Of a DNA stretch of 64,000 nt, positions 50,459 to 59,726 are shown one piece after another; position 1 is the first letter of the stretch; each line of letters begins with the position of its first letter. Source of the stretch: an uncultured Gemmatimonadales bacterium (GTDB lineage Bacteria; Gemmatimonadota; Gemmatimonadetes; Longimicrobiales; Gaopeijiaceae); assembly GCA_963809895.1 (NCBI GenBank), contig CAWELD010000003.1, positions 832,001 through 896,000 on the forward strand. Direction: 5' to 3'. The position numbers were made by a program, and so were the translations under genes. Below the pieces are notes generated by a model, which ran no database searches, had not been told where the DNA came from, and worked only from the letters and a program-made list of their open reading frames with translations.

Positions 50459-51379
50459 ATGCTGCGCTCCGCCCTGTTGTGGGCGTCGACGAATCCCTTT
50501 CTCGCCCAGCGGCTGCCCCGTTACGGGTTCGTGCGGAGAGCCGTGCGCCGCTTCATGCCCGGCGAGGAGGCCGACGACGCCCTGCGCGAGGGCCGTCGTC
50601 TGGCTGACCAGGGCGTTCCCACGCTGGTGACGCACCTGGGCGAGAACGTCACCACCGCCGCCGAGGCCCGCGGCGTCGTGGATGGATACCTCGGCCTTCT
50701 GGAGTCCGTCCGGGAGCGGGAGCTGGACATGGAGCTCTCGGTCAAACTGACCCACCTGGGGCTCGACCAGGACCTGGAGCAGACGCGACGCCACGTGGTG
50801 GAGCTGGCGACGGCAGCCGGTGACGGCGTCGTGTGGATCGACATGGAGTCCAGCGACTACGTGGACCGGACGCTCGAGGTGTTCAGGGGTGCGCGGGTGG
50901 AGCGGGACAACGTGGGCATCTGCTTGCAGGCCTACCTGCATCGTACCGAGATGGACCTGAACGACCTCCTGGACCTGCAACCCCACGTACGTCTCGTGAA
51001 GGGCGCGTATATGGAGCCGCCCGAGGTGGCGTTCCCCAAGAAGAGCCAGGTGGACGCGAACTTCCGCAAACTCACCTCGTTCATGCTGCGGGAGCGGAAG
51101 GCCGGGCGCATGGGTCGCCCGGGCATCGGCACCCACGACGCCCACCTCGTGGGAGACGCCCAGCGCGTGTCGTACGAGCTGGAGCTGGCGCCGGAGCTGT
51201 GGGAGGTGGAGATGCTCTACGGCATCGCCACCGCGGAGCAGGCACGCCTCGTGCGGGCGGGCACGCCGCTGCGGGTTCTGATCTCGTACGGGCACCACTG
51301 GTTCCCCTGGTACATGCGCCGCCTCGCCGAGCGCCCCGCCAACGTGGGATTCGTCCTGAAGCAGCTGGTGAGTCGGTAG
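50459..51379 (+). CDS. Monofunctional proline dehydrogenase
   Basis: SVKLTHLGL, WIDMES, QAYLHR, VRLVKGAY, GTHD, YMRRLAERPAN. Confidence 0.92.
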   Translation: MLRSALLWASTNPFLAQRLPRYGFVRRAVRRFMPGEEADDALREGRRLADQGVPTLVTHLGENVTTAAEARGVVDGYLGLLESVRERELDMELSVKLTHLGLDQDLEQTRRHVVELATAAGDGVVWIDMESSDYVDRTLEVFRGARVERDNVGICLQAYLHRTEMDLNDLLDLQPHVRLVKGAYMEPPEVAFPKKSQVDANFRKLTSFMLRERKAGRMGRPGIGTHDAHLVGDAQRVSYELELAPELWEVEMLYGIATAEQARLVRAGTPLRVLISYGHHWFPWYMRRLAERPANVGFVLKQLVSR

Positions 51380-51381
51380 CG

Positions 51382-52605
51382 GTGACCCGGGACCAGCCCT
51401 TCGACCAGGATCCTCGCCGCTGGGGGATGCTGGTCCTGGTGTCGGTGGCGTTGCTCCTCGGCATGAGCGCCTGGTTCACGGCCACCGCCGTGGCGCCGGA
51501 GCTGCGGGTGCGCTGGACGCTGAGCGAGGGCCAGGTGGCGTGGCTCACCACGGTGGTCCAGGTCGGATTCGTGAGCGGCACCGCCGCCGCCACGCTCTTC
51601 AATCTGGCCGACATCTGGCCCTCGGACCGCTATTTCGCCGGCTCCGCGGTCCTGGCCGCCGCCGCCAACGGGGGGCTCCTGGTGGTACCCGGCTACGGCG
51701 GTGCGCTGGGACTCCGCTTCCTCACGGGTTTCGCTCTGGCCGGCGTGTATCCGCCGGCCATGAAGATGATGGCCACCTGGTTCCGCTCGGCCCGCGGCTT
51801 CGCCATCGGCACGGTGGTGGGGGCGCTCACGGTCGGGAAGGCCACGCCCTACCTGCTCAAGGGGCTGGGCGGGGCCAGCATCACCGTGGTGGTCAGCGGG
51901 GCCTCGCTGGGGGCGTTGGTGGCGGCGGTTCTGGTGCTGCTCGCCTACCGCGACGGGCCCTATCCCTTCGCGCGCAGGCCCTTCGAGTGGACCCGCGTGG
52001 GACGCGTGCTCCGGGACCGGGACACCATGCTCGCCACCGGGGGCTACCTCGGACACATGTGGGAGCTGTACGCCATGTGGACCTGGGTGCCGGCCTTCCT
52101 GGCCGCGTCGCAGGCGGCCAGGGCAGCCCACGGTGTGCCGGCGGCGGGCGAGGCCGCCGTGGACCTGGCCGGGTTCGGCGCCATCGCCGCCGGCGGGCTC
52201 GGCTGCGTGTGGGCCGGCCGTGCCGCGGACCGGGTGGGGCGGGCGCGCATCGCATCGCTGGCGCTGGCGGTGAGCGGTGCGTGCTGCCTGACTGCCGGCC
52301 TCCTGTTCGGGGCGCCGTTCCCGGTGCTCGCCGCCTTCACCGCGTTGTGGGGGTTCTTCGTGGTGGCCGACTCGGCCCAGTTCAGCGCGCTGGTCACCGA
52401 GGTGGCGCCCAGAGACGCCGTAGGCACCGCGCTGACCCTCCAGACCTCCATGGGCTTTCTGCTCACCATGGCGAGCATCCAGGGGCTCCCCTTCGTGGTG
52501 GACGCGGTGGGGTGGCAGTGGGCGTTCGTCATGCTGGCGCCGGGCCCCGTCGCGGGCATCTGGTCCATGGCGCGGCTGGGGCGCGCGCGAGGGGCGGCGG
52601 GCTAG
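51382..52605 (+). CDS. MFS transporter
   Basis: About 12 hydrophobic segments; LAGVYPPAMK, GYLGHMWELYAMW, DSAQFSALV. Confidence 0.88.
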   Translation: MTRDQPFDQDPRRWGMLVLVSVALLLGMSAWFTATAVAPELRVRWTLSEGQVAWLTTVVQVGFVSGTAAATLFNLADIWPSDRYFAGSAVLAAAANGGLLVVPGYGGALGLRFLTGFALAGVYPPAMKMMATWFRSARGFAIGTVVGALTVGKATPYLLKGLGGASITVVVSGASLGALVAAVLVLLAYRDGPYPFARRPFEWTRVGRVLRDRDTMLATGGYLGHMWELYAMWTWVPAFLAASQAARAAHGVPAAGEAAVDLAGFGAIAAGGLGCVWAGRAADRVGRARIASLALAVSGACCLTAGLLFGAPFPVLAAFTALWGFFVVADSAQFSALVTEVAPRDAVGTALTLQTSMGFLLTMASIQGLPFVVDAVGWQWAFVMLAPGPVAGIWSMARLGRARGAAG

Positions 52606-52607
52606 AA

Positions 52608-53900
52608 ATGCGCTTCACCAGCACCCGGGGCCACGGACCGGTCTCGCTGACCACGGCCCTCCTGGAGGGTCCGGCGCCGGACGGCGGCCTGTACCTGCCC
52701 GAGCGCATCCCACGCGTGGACTTCGCCGGGGCGCCGCCAGAGCCGGGTCTCGCCACCATTGCCGCATGGACGTTGGCGCCGTACCTGACGCCGGACCTCG
52801 ACCCCTCGGAGCTGCGTCGCCTCCTGGCCGACGCCCTGGACTTCCCGGTGCCTCTCGTCCGCCTCGACGACACCACGGCCGTGCTCGAGCTGACGCACGG
52901 GCCCACGGCGGCCTTCAAGGACGTGGGAGCGCGTGTGCTGGCCCGGCTGCTGGCGGCTCTCACCACCGAGGACCGTCGCCGGACGGTTCTGGTGGCCACC
53001 TCGGGCGATACCGGCGGCGCGGTGGCCGCCGCCTTTCACGGAATGGAGGGATTCCGGGTCGTGGTGCTCTTTCCAGAGGGACGCGTGAGCCTCGGACAGC
53101 GGCGCCAGTTCACCACCCTGGGTGACAACGTCCGCGCGGTCGCCGTGGACGGCCCCTTCGATGCCTGTCAGCGATTGGCGAGGGAGGCGTTCGCCGACGC
53201 CGCGCTCCGGGCGGAACACGGGCTCACGTCGGCCAATTCCCTCAACATCGGAAGGCTGTTGCCCCAGGTCGCCTACTACGTCTACGCCGAGCGCCTGGCG
53301 GCACGGGAGTGGGACGAGGCACCGCTGTTCGTGGTCCCGTCCGGGAACCTGGGCAACCTCACCGCGGGGCTGCTGGCAGCGCGCATGGGGATGCCGGTGG
53401 GGGGATTCCTGGCCGCCGTAAACGCCAACGACGCCTTCGCCCGCTACCTTGACGGCGCCCACCCGGACCCGGACGGTGGCACGGTGCCCACGCTGTCCAG
53501 CGCCATGGACGTGGGCCGCCCCAGCAATCTGGAGCGGCTCCGATATCTGGCCGGAGGCGACCGGCGGGCACTGGCCCGGGACGTACGCGCAAGGGCGGTG
53601 GGCGACGACGAAACGCTGGCCTGGATGCGCCGGTTGCAGGAGAAGGGTGGCTACCTTGCCGATCCCCATACCGCGGTGGGGTTCGCGGCACTCGAGCGTG
53701 TGCGGGCCGAGTCGGGCACCCGCGCGTCGGCGGTGGTGCTGGCCACCGCGCACCCGGGCAAGTTCCCCGACGCCGTCCGCGAGGCTACGGGCCAGGACCC
53801 GCCCGTGCCTCCGGCTCTCGCCACCGACGCCGGACGCCGGGAAGACTTCGACGGGATCCCCCCGGTGTTGGAGGCCTTGGCGGAGTTGCTCCACCGCTGA
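52608..53900 (+). CDS. thrC: Threonine synthase
   Basis: APDGGLYLP, HGPTAAFKD, ATSGDTG, SANSLNIGRL, VPSGNLGN, ATAHPGKF. Confidence 0.95.
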   Translation: MRFTSTRGHGPVSLTTALLEGPAPDGGLYLPERIPRVDFAGAPPEPGLATIAAWTLAPYLTPDLDPSELRRLLADALDFPVPLVRLDDTTAVLELTHGPTAAFKDVGARVLARLLAALTTEDRRRTVLVATSGDTGGAVAAAFHGMEGFRVVVLFPEGRVSLGQRRQFTTLGDNVRAVAVDGPFDACQRLAREAFADAALRAEHGLTSANSLNIGRLLPQVAYYVYAERLAAREWDEAPLFVVPSGNLGNLTAGLLAARMGMPVGGFLAAVNANDAFARYLDGAHPDPDGGTVPTLSSAMDVGRPSNLERLRYLAGGDRRALARDVRARAVGDDETLAWMRRLQEKGGYLADPHTAVGFAALERVRAESGTRASAVVLATAHPGKFPDAVREATGQDPPVPPALATDAGRREDFDGIPPVLEALAELLHR

Positions 53901-53921
53901 GCTCCGCTCGGACCGAAACCG

Positions 53922-53951
53922 TTGACCGGTGCCCCGATCAGGCGCTAGCCT
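53922..53951 (+). promoter_or_regulatory. Sigma70-type promoter of the thrB-asnB leader
   Basis: TTGACC-18 nt-TAGCCT, with an ATG 6 nt downstream of the -10. Confidence 0.55.
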
Positions 53952-53957
53952 TGCGAC

Positions 53958-54035
53958 ATGCCATCGATCCTCAGCAACCGCCCGAATACCAATCGCCGCC
54001 CTCCGGGGGTCGGCGGAGACACGGGCGTGCGCTGA
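53958..54035 (+). CDS. Putative leader peptide upstream of thrB-asnB (25 aa)
   Basis: MPSILSNRPNTNRRPPGVGGDTGVR*; three Asn codons within six codons; lies between a promoter and a terminator. Confidence 0.45.
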   Translation: MPSILSNRPNTNRRPPGVGGDTGVR

Positions 54036-54063
54036 CGATCCCACGCCGAGACACTCCGACGCG

Positions 54064-54094
54064 GCCTCCCGGTATCGATCCGGGGGGCTTTTTT
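54064..54094 (+). terminator. Intrinsic terminator / attenuator just before thrB
   Basis: GCCTCCCGG-TATCGAT-CCGGGGGGC followed by TTTTTT, about 20 nt before the thrB ATG. Confidence 0.8.
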
Positions 54095-54115
54095 CGTTCC
54101 CACACGACACAGACC

Positions 54116-55048
54116 ATGACGGACAGACTACACGCGGCGCGCGTATGGGCGCCCGCATCGACCTCGAACCTCGGGCCGGGCTTCGACACCCTCGGGCTGG
54201 CGCTGGACCGCGGCGTCGAAATGAGCTTCCGGCCCGGCGGTGAGGGCTTCCGCGTGCAACGCTCGGGAACGTTGCCCCCGGAGCTGGCCACGAAGGAGGA
54301 TCTGGCGGTGCAGGCCTTCCTGGCCGCCGTGGGGGCCCGCGGGATCGCGCCCGCACCTGCCGGTCTCCTGAGGGTCGAGTCCAGCATCCCCGTGGGCAGG
54401 GGCCTCGGCTCGTCGGCCGCGGCACGGGTCGCCGGCGCCATGGTGGGCCATCTGGTCCGGGGCCGGGAGCCGGTCCGCCGGACGCTCCTCGAGCAGGCCG
54501 CGCGCGCCGAGGGACATCCGGACAACGCGGCTCCGGCGGTGCTGGGGGGATTCGTAGCGTCGGTGAGCGGACCCGAAGGCCTCACGGTCGCGTCACTGCC
54601 GCTGTCGCCGGCGGTGGGTCTCGCCTTCGCGGAGCCCGGAGTGCCGGTCCATACTGAAGACGCACGGCGCGCGCTACCCAGCGAGGTGCCCCACGCCGTA
54701 GCGGCACGCACCGCGGGACGCCTCGCGGTCCTGATCCATGGGCTGGCCGTGGCCGACCCTTCGCTGATCCGGGTCGGGCTGGAGGACGAGCTCCACGTGC
54801 CCTTCCGACTTCCCCTGGTTCCTGGCGGTGAGGCCGCCATGAAGGCTGCCCGCGAGGCCGGCGCCTGGGGGGTGACGCTCTCCGGGAGCGGCTCGGGGCT
54901 GTTGGCCTTCTGCCCCCGCGAGGATGCGAGCGACCTCGCCTCCACCATGGCCGAAGCCTTCCGGAGCGTCGGCCAGGAGGGAGCGACCGGCTTTCCCCTG
55001 CGGCCGGACCCGTTGGGCGCGCGCCGCCTGCCCCTGGACCACCCCTAG
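54116..55048 (+). CDS. thrB: Homoserine kinase
   Basis: PASTSNLGPGFDTLGLAL, IPVGRGLGSSAAA, EGHPDN, LSGSGS. Confidence 0.95.
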   Translation: MTDRLHAARVWAPASTSNLGPGFDTLGLALDRGVEMSFRPGGEGFRVQRSGTLPPELATKEDLAVQAFLAAVGARGIAPAPAGLLRVESSIPVGRGLGSSAAARVAGAMVGHLVRGREPVRRTLLEQAARAEGHPDNAAPAVLGGFVASVSGPEGLTVASLPLSPAVGLAFAEPGVPVHTEDARRALPSEVPHAVAARTAGRLAVLIHGLAVADPSLIRVGLEDELHVPFRLPLVPGGEAAMKAAREAGAWGVTLSGSGSGLLAFCPREDASDLASTMAEAFRSVGQEGATGFPLRPDPLGARRLPLDHP

Positions 55049-55068
55049 CCGAGACGACGGAGACCCCC

Positions 55069-56733
55069 ATGTGCTCGATCCTCGCCGCCCTGGACATCCG
55101 GGGCGATGCCGCCACCACCCGGGAGCGCGCCCTGCGGTCGTCGCGACTGCAGCGTCATCGGGGCCCGGACTGGTCCGGCGTGTGGGCCGACGACGACAGC
55201 CTCCTGGTCCACGAGCGTCTCGCCATCGTCGACGTGTTGCACGGCGCCCAGCCGCTGGAGAGCCCCGACGGAGCCCAGGCGCTGGCCGTCAACGGAGAGA
55301 TCTACAATCATCGCGAGCTCCGGGCGGGCCTCCGCGAGCCCTACGCCTTCACCACGGACTCGGATTGCGAGGTGTTGTTGCCCCTCTACCGGGAGCGTGG
55401 CGCGGACTTTCTCGAGTCCCTGAACGGAATCTTCGCCTTCGTCCTCAAGGACCGCTCCACCGGGGCCGTCCTGGTCGCGCGCGATCACCTGGGCATCGTG
55501 CCGCTCTACATGGGCCGCGACGCCGACGGCACCCTCTGGATCGCATCGGAGATGAAGGCGCTGGTACCGCTGTGCCCGACGGTGCGGGAGTTCCCGCCCG
55601 GGCATCTGCTGGACGACCCGGCGGGCGAACCGCGCCCGTGGTACCACCCGGCGTGGCGCACCCTGGAGGGCCTCCGGCGGGACGCGGCCGACCCGGCACG
55701 CCTCCGCGACGCCCTGGACCGGGCGGTGCGGCGCCAGCTCATGAGCGACGTGCCCTACGGCGTGCTGCTCTCCGGCGGGCTCGACTCGTCGGTGATCGCG
55801 GCCCTGGCGGCCCGGCACGCGGCGGCGCGGGTGGAGGACGACGAGCGCACGGCCGCCTGGTGGCCCCGCCTGCACTCCTTCGCCATCGGGCTCGAGGGCT
55901 CGCCCGATCTGGCGGCGGCGCGCCTGGTCGCCGAGCACATCGGCTCGGTGCACCACGAATTCCACTTCACGGTGGAGGAGGGCATCGACGCCTTGCCGGA
56001 CGTGATCTGGCACCTGGAGACCTACGACGTGACCACCGTACGGGCTGCGACGCCCATGTTCCTTCTGGCTCGGCGCATCCGGGCCATGGGGGTCAAGATG
56101 GTGCTGAGCGGCGAAGGCGCCGACGAGATCTTCGGGGGATACCTCTACTTCCATCGTGCGCCGGACGACGACGCCTTCCACGAGGAGACCGTGCGCAAGC
56201 TGGACCGGTTGCACGCCTACGATTGCCTGCGCGCCAACAAGGCCACGGCCGCCTGGGGAGTGGAAGCCCGGGTGCCCTTCCTGGACCGGGAGTTCCTGGA
56301 GATGGCCATGCACCTGGATCCCGGGGCCAAACGGCCGGGGCAGGGCAGGATGGAGAAGCAGATCCTGCGCGAGGCCTTCGCAGACCTGTTACCCGCGGAG
56401 GTGGCCTGGCGTCAGAAGGAGCAGTTCTCCGACGGCGTGGGCTACGGCTGGATCGACGGACTCAAGGAGCACGCCGCGAGCCGGGTCCGCCCCGACGAGC
56501 TGGCCCAGGCGGCGTACCGCTTTCCGCACAATCCCCCCGATACCGCCGAGGCGTATCTGTATCGCAGCCTCTTCGAGGAGCATTTCCCGCTTCCGGCGGC
56601 GGCGGCCTGCGTGCCCGGCGGGCCCTCCGTTGCGTGCAGCACGCCGGAGGCGCTGGCCTGGGATCCGGAGCTGGCGGCCGTCACCGATCCCTCGGGCCGG
56701 GCCGTGCGGGGAGTGCACCGGAACAGCTACTGA
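55069..56733 (+). CDS. asnB: Asparagine synthetase B (glutamine-hydrolysing)
   Basis: N-terminal MCSI, HRGPDWSG, HERLAIVD, NGEIYNH, LSGGLDSS, SGEGADE, RQKEQFSDGVG. Confidence 0.97.
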   Translation: MCSILAALDIRGDAATTRERALRSSRLQRHRGPDWSGVWADDDSLLVHERLAIVDVLHGAQPLESPDGAQALAVNGEIYNHRELRAGLREPYAFTTDSDCEVLLPLYRERGADFLESLNGIFAFVLKDRSTGAVLVARDHLGIVPLYMGRDADGTLWIASEMKALVPLCPTVREFPPGHLLDDPAGEPRPWYHPAWRTLEGLRRDAADPARLRDALDRAVRRQLMSDVPYGVLLSGGLDSSVIAALAARHAAARVEDDERTAAWWPRLHSFAIGLEGSPDLAAARLVAEHIGSVHHEFHFTVEEGIDALPDVIWHLETYDVTTVRAATPMFLLARRIRAMGVKMVLSGEGADEIFGGYLYFHRAPDDDAFHEETVRKLDRLHAYDCLRANKATAAWGVEARVPFLDREFLEMAMHLDPGAKRPGQGRMEKQILREAFADLLPAEVAWRQKEQFSDGVGYGWIDGLKEHAASRVRPDELAQAAYRFPHNPPDTAEAYLYRSLFEEHFPLPAAAACVPGGPSVACSTPEALAWDPELAAVTDPSGRAVRGVHRNSY

Positions 56734-56754
56734 CCGCTCGGACCGGCCCGTCGG

Positions 56755-57156
56755 TCAGCGCCGTACGTCCACCCGGGTCAGGGCCAGGTCCACACCGATC
56801 TGGACCACCACGGTCTCGCCGGGATTCACCAGCACGGGGCGCGTGACCAGACCGGTGCTGGAGATCCCCCCCAGGGGGTTCAGCGCCAGCCGGAGCTGCC
56901 CGGTGCCGGGAAACTGGGCGCGGGTCAGGACGAAGCTGGCCTCGTCCTTGCCGGTCACCAGCCCGAGGCGCGAACGGAGGCCGTCGCGATCCAGGAAGAT
57001 CTCCATGTCGGCGTTGTTGTCGTTCCGGACGATGACCTGGACGCCGTTGGACGGCGCTGTGCTCCGGCTGGCCGTGGGAAAGCTGGCCGTCTGGCTGGCA
57101 CAGGCCGCGGCCGCCAGCGTGAAGACGGATGCCAGGCTTCGGATGGCTGACTTCAT
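56755..57156 (-). CDS. Hypothetical lipoprotein
   Basis: MKSAIRSLASVFTLAAAAC lipobox; beta-rich small domain. Confidence 0.65.
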   Translation of the reverse strand: MKSAIRSLASVFTLAAAACASQTASFPTASRSTAPSNGVQVIVRNDNNADMEIFLDRDGLRSRLGLVTGKDEASFVLTRAQFPGTGQLRLALNPLGGISSTGLVTRPVLVNPGETVVVQIGVDLALTRVDVRR

Positions 57157-57257
57157 GGGACCTCTTCGGGCAGGAGCGGAACGCTTGGGCGGGTCCGGCA
57201 CGATTCTACCCCCCGACCCCGGGCCCGGGTCCTGTCGCCCAGCGAGAAAGAGAGCGG

Positions 57258-57946
57258 TCAGCTCCGCACTTCGAGCCCGCCGGGCCGCACCCACACCTCC
57301 ACCCCCTGGAGGCCCAGATCCACGAGCAGGGCCAGCAGCGCCGCCGGAAGGGCGCCGGACAGCACCAGATGCGTGTCGGAGAGGGCCAGCCCGGCAACGA
57401 TGGGATCCCCCAGGCCACCGGCACCGATGAAGGCCGCCAGGGTCGCCGTGCCCACGTTGATGACCGCGGCCGTGCGCACGCCGGCCAGGATCACCGGCAT
57501 GGCCAGCGGCAGTCGGACCTGGAGCAGGACCTGGCGCCGGGTCATCCCCAGCGCCCGCGCCGCCCCGACCGCGACGGGGTCCGCGTCGCGCACTCCCGTG
57601 TAGGTGTTGCGGACGATGGGGAAGAGGGAATAGAGGAAGAGCGCGGTCACCGCCGGAACGACACCGATTCCCAACACCGGGATCATGAAGGCGAGGAGCG
57701 CGATGCCGGGGATGGTCTGGAGCAGCCCCACGGCCCGGATGGCGCCTTCGGCCCCACCCGGCTTCCGCTCGAGGCCCAGCCCCAGCGGAACAGCCACGGC
57801 CACCGCGCCCAGCATGGAGAGCCCCACCAGGAGCAGGTGCCGGAGCGTCAGGCGCAGCGTCTCGCCGCGCCGCGCCCAGAAGAACGCCCAGAAGCCGCGC
57901 TCACCACGGGCGGTCGAGGCGGAACCGGCCTCCTCGTCGCGCGCCG
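57258..57946 (-). CDS. Osmoprotectant-type ABC permease domain, probably the C-terminal part of a binding protein-permease fusion broken by a frameshift
   Basis: QTIPGIALLA, RNTYTG, ARALGMT...RLPLAMPVILAGVRTA, GAGGLG; no convincing own start codon; 5' boundary approximate. Confidence 0.8.
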
Positions 57947-58860
57947 CCGGTGAGGCCCAGACGCGACAGGGCGTCGGCGGCCACGGCCGCCACGTCCTCG
58001 CCATCCACCTCCACGCGGCGGTTGAGCTCACGCATGAGGCCCTCGTCCAGGAGGCCGGCGAGCTCGTCCAGGGCGGCCACCGCGTCGGGTCTGCGCCGCG
58101 CGAGGCCCGGCGCGGTGAGCGCTGCTGCCTCGTAGGGTGGAAAGAAGCCGCGATCGTCCTCCAGCACCACGAGGTCGTAGCGAGCGATGGCCCCGTCGGT
58201 GGAGTAGCCGTCGATGACGTCCACGTCTCCGGAGGCCAGCGCGCGGTACTTCACGGCCTGCAGCAACGGCCGCACTGTTCCGGGCTCGAGCCCGTACGCG
58301 CGGCGTAGTCCCTCGAGCCCATCGGCGCGCCCGATGAAATCGGGGCTGAACCCGGCCACCAGATCCGGCGCGGCGCGGGCCAGGTCGGTGAGCGAGCGCA
58401 GGCCCAGCGAGTCGGCGGTGGTGCGGCGCACCGCGATGGCGTAGGTGTTCTGGAATCCCAGCGGCGGCAGCCACTCCACGTCCCAGCGTCTGCGGAATTC
58501 CCGCGACACCTCGCGATACACCTCGCGTGCGTCTCCGCGTGGGGTCTCACCCAGGATCGCCAGCAGTCCCGTCCCCGTGTACTCGGGATACAGGTCGATG
58601 GCGCCGGTACGGAGGGCCTGGAAGGCGATCTCCGTGGCGCCGAGTCCGGGCCTGCGGTCCACGGCCATCCCCCGAGCCTCGAGGAGTTGAGCGAACATCT
58701 CGGCCAGGACGTAGGACTCGGCGAAGGGCTTGGAGGCGATCACCACCGGGGCCCGCGACGGTTCGGCAGCGGCGCTGTCGCGCCCGGCGACCTGGGCGGC
58801 GCCGGGGGCCGGCGGCATCAGGACCAGAAGCGCCGCGAGCCACGCCCGCCCGGCCGTCAC
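57901..58860 (-). CDS. Glycine betaine/osmoprotectant-family ABC substrate-binding domain
   Basis: ASKPFAESYVLAE, DLYPEYTGT, GFQNTYAIAV, YSTDG, LEDDRGFFPPY. Confidence 0.88.
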   Translation of the reverse strand: MTAGRAWLAALLVLMPPAPGAAQVAGRDSAAAEPSRAPVVIASKPFAESYVLAEMFAQLLEARGMAVDRRPGLGATEIAFQALRTGAIDLYPEYTGTGLLAILGETPRGDAREVYREVSREFRRRWDVEWLPPLGFQNTYAIAVRRTTADSLGLRSLTDLARAAPDLVAGFSPDFIGRADGLEGLRRAYGLEPGTVRPLLQAVKYRALASGDVDVIDGYSTDGAIARYDLVVLEDDRGFFPPYEAAALTAPGLARRRPDAVAALDELAGLLDEGLMRELNRRVEVDGEDVAAVAADALSRLGLTGGARRGGRFRLDRPW

Positions 58861-59621
58861 GCGAGTCCCGCCCGCTGCAGGAGCGTGGTGACGTACGCCT
58901 CGCCCGGCGCGTGTCGGAGCTCGTCGGGCGTGCCTACCTGCAGCAGTCGGCCGTCGCGAAGCACCGCCACCCGATGGGCCAGCAGCGCGGCCTCCCGGAG
59001 GTCGTGGGTCACCAGGAGCGCGGTGAAGCCACCGCCTGCGAGGAGCTCGGCAAAGGCCGCCTGCAGCTCACTCCGGGTGATGGCGTCCAGGGCACCGAAA
59101 GGCTCGTCCAGCAGCACCACGTCGGGATCGGCCGCCAGGGCCCGGGCCAGAGCGGCCCGTTGCCGCTGGCCGCCGGACAGGGAGCGCGGCCAGCGCGACC
59201 CGAAGCGCTCCGGATCCAGTCCCACCCGCCTGAGCGCCTCCCGTCCGCGCTCCTCCGGATCATCCAGGCCAAGCAGGCGAGGGACCAGAGCGGCGTTGCG
59301 CGCCACGCTCCAGTGTGGCAGGAGCCCCCCTTCCTGGGGGACGTAGCCCAGCGTGCGCCGCAGGACCACCGGATCTCGCTCCGCCACGGGGTGGCCGCGC
59401 ACCAGCACGTCGCCGGCATCGGGATCCACCAAGCGGTTGAAGGTTCGGAGCAACGTGGTCTTGCCCGAGCCGCTCTCGCCCACCAACGCCACGCACTGAC
59501 CGCGCTGGACCTGGAGCGACACCCCGTCCAGCGCGGTGACGCCGTCGTAGCGCTTGACCACGTCGCGGGCTTCGAGGGCGACGCCCAGGTCCTGCGCGCT
59601 GGCCTCCATCGACTCCTCCAT
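58857..59621 (-). CDS. Osmoprotectant-type ABC ATP-binding protein
   Basis: GESGSGKTT, LSGGQRQR, LLDEPFGALDAITR, VTHD. Confidence 0.92.
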   Translation of the reverse strand: MEESMEASAQDLGVALEARDVVKRYDGVTALDGVSLQVQRGQCVALVGESGSGKTTLLRTFNRLVDPDAGDVLVRGHPVAERDPVVLRRTLGYVPQEGGLLPHWSVARNAALVPRLLGLDDPEERGREALRRVGLDPERFGSRWPRSLSGGQRQRAALARALAADPDVVLLDEPFGALDAITRSELQAAFAELLAGGGFTALLVTHDLREAALLAHRVAVLRDGRLLQVGTPDELRHAPGEAYVTTLLQRAGLA

Positions 59622-59726
59622 GACACGGGGGCGGGTCCGCCGGGGAACCCTGCGCCCGACCTCGGGTGTTCCAGCGACAAGCCGTCCCTGAAATCATCTC
59701 ACCTACCCTCCACCCCGCAGCGCCCC

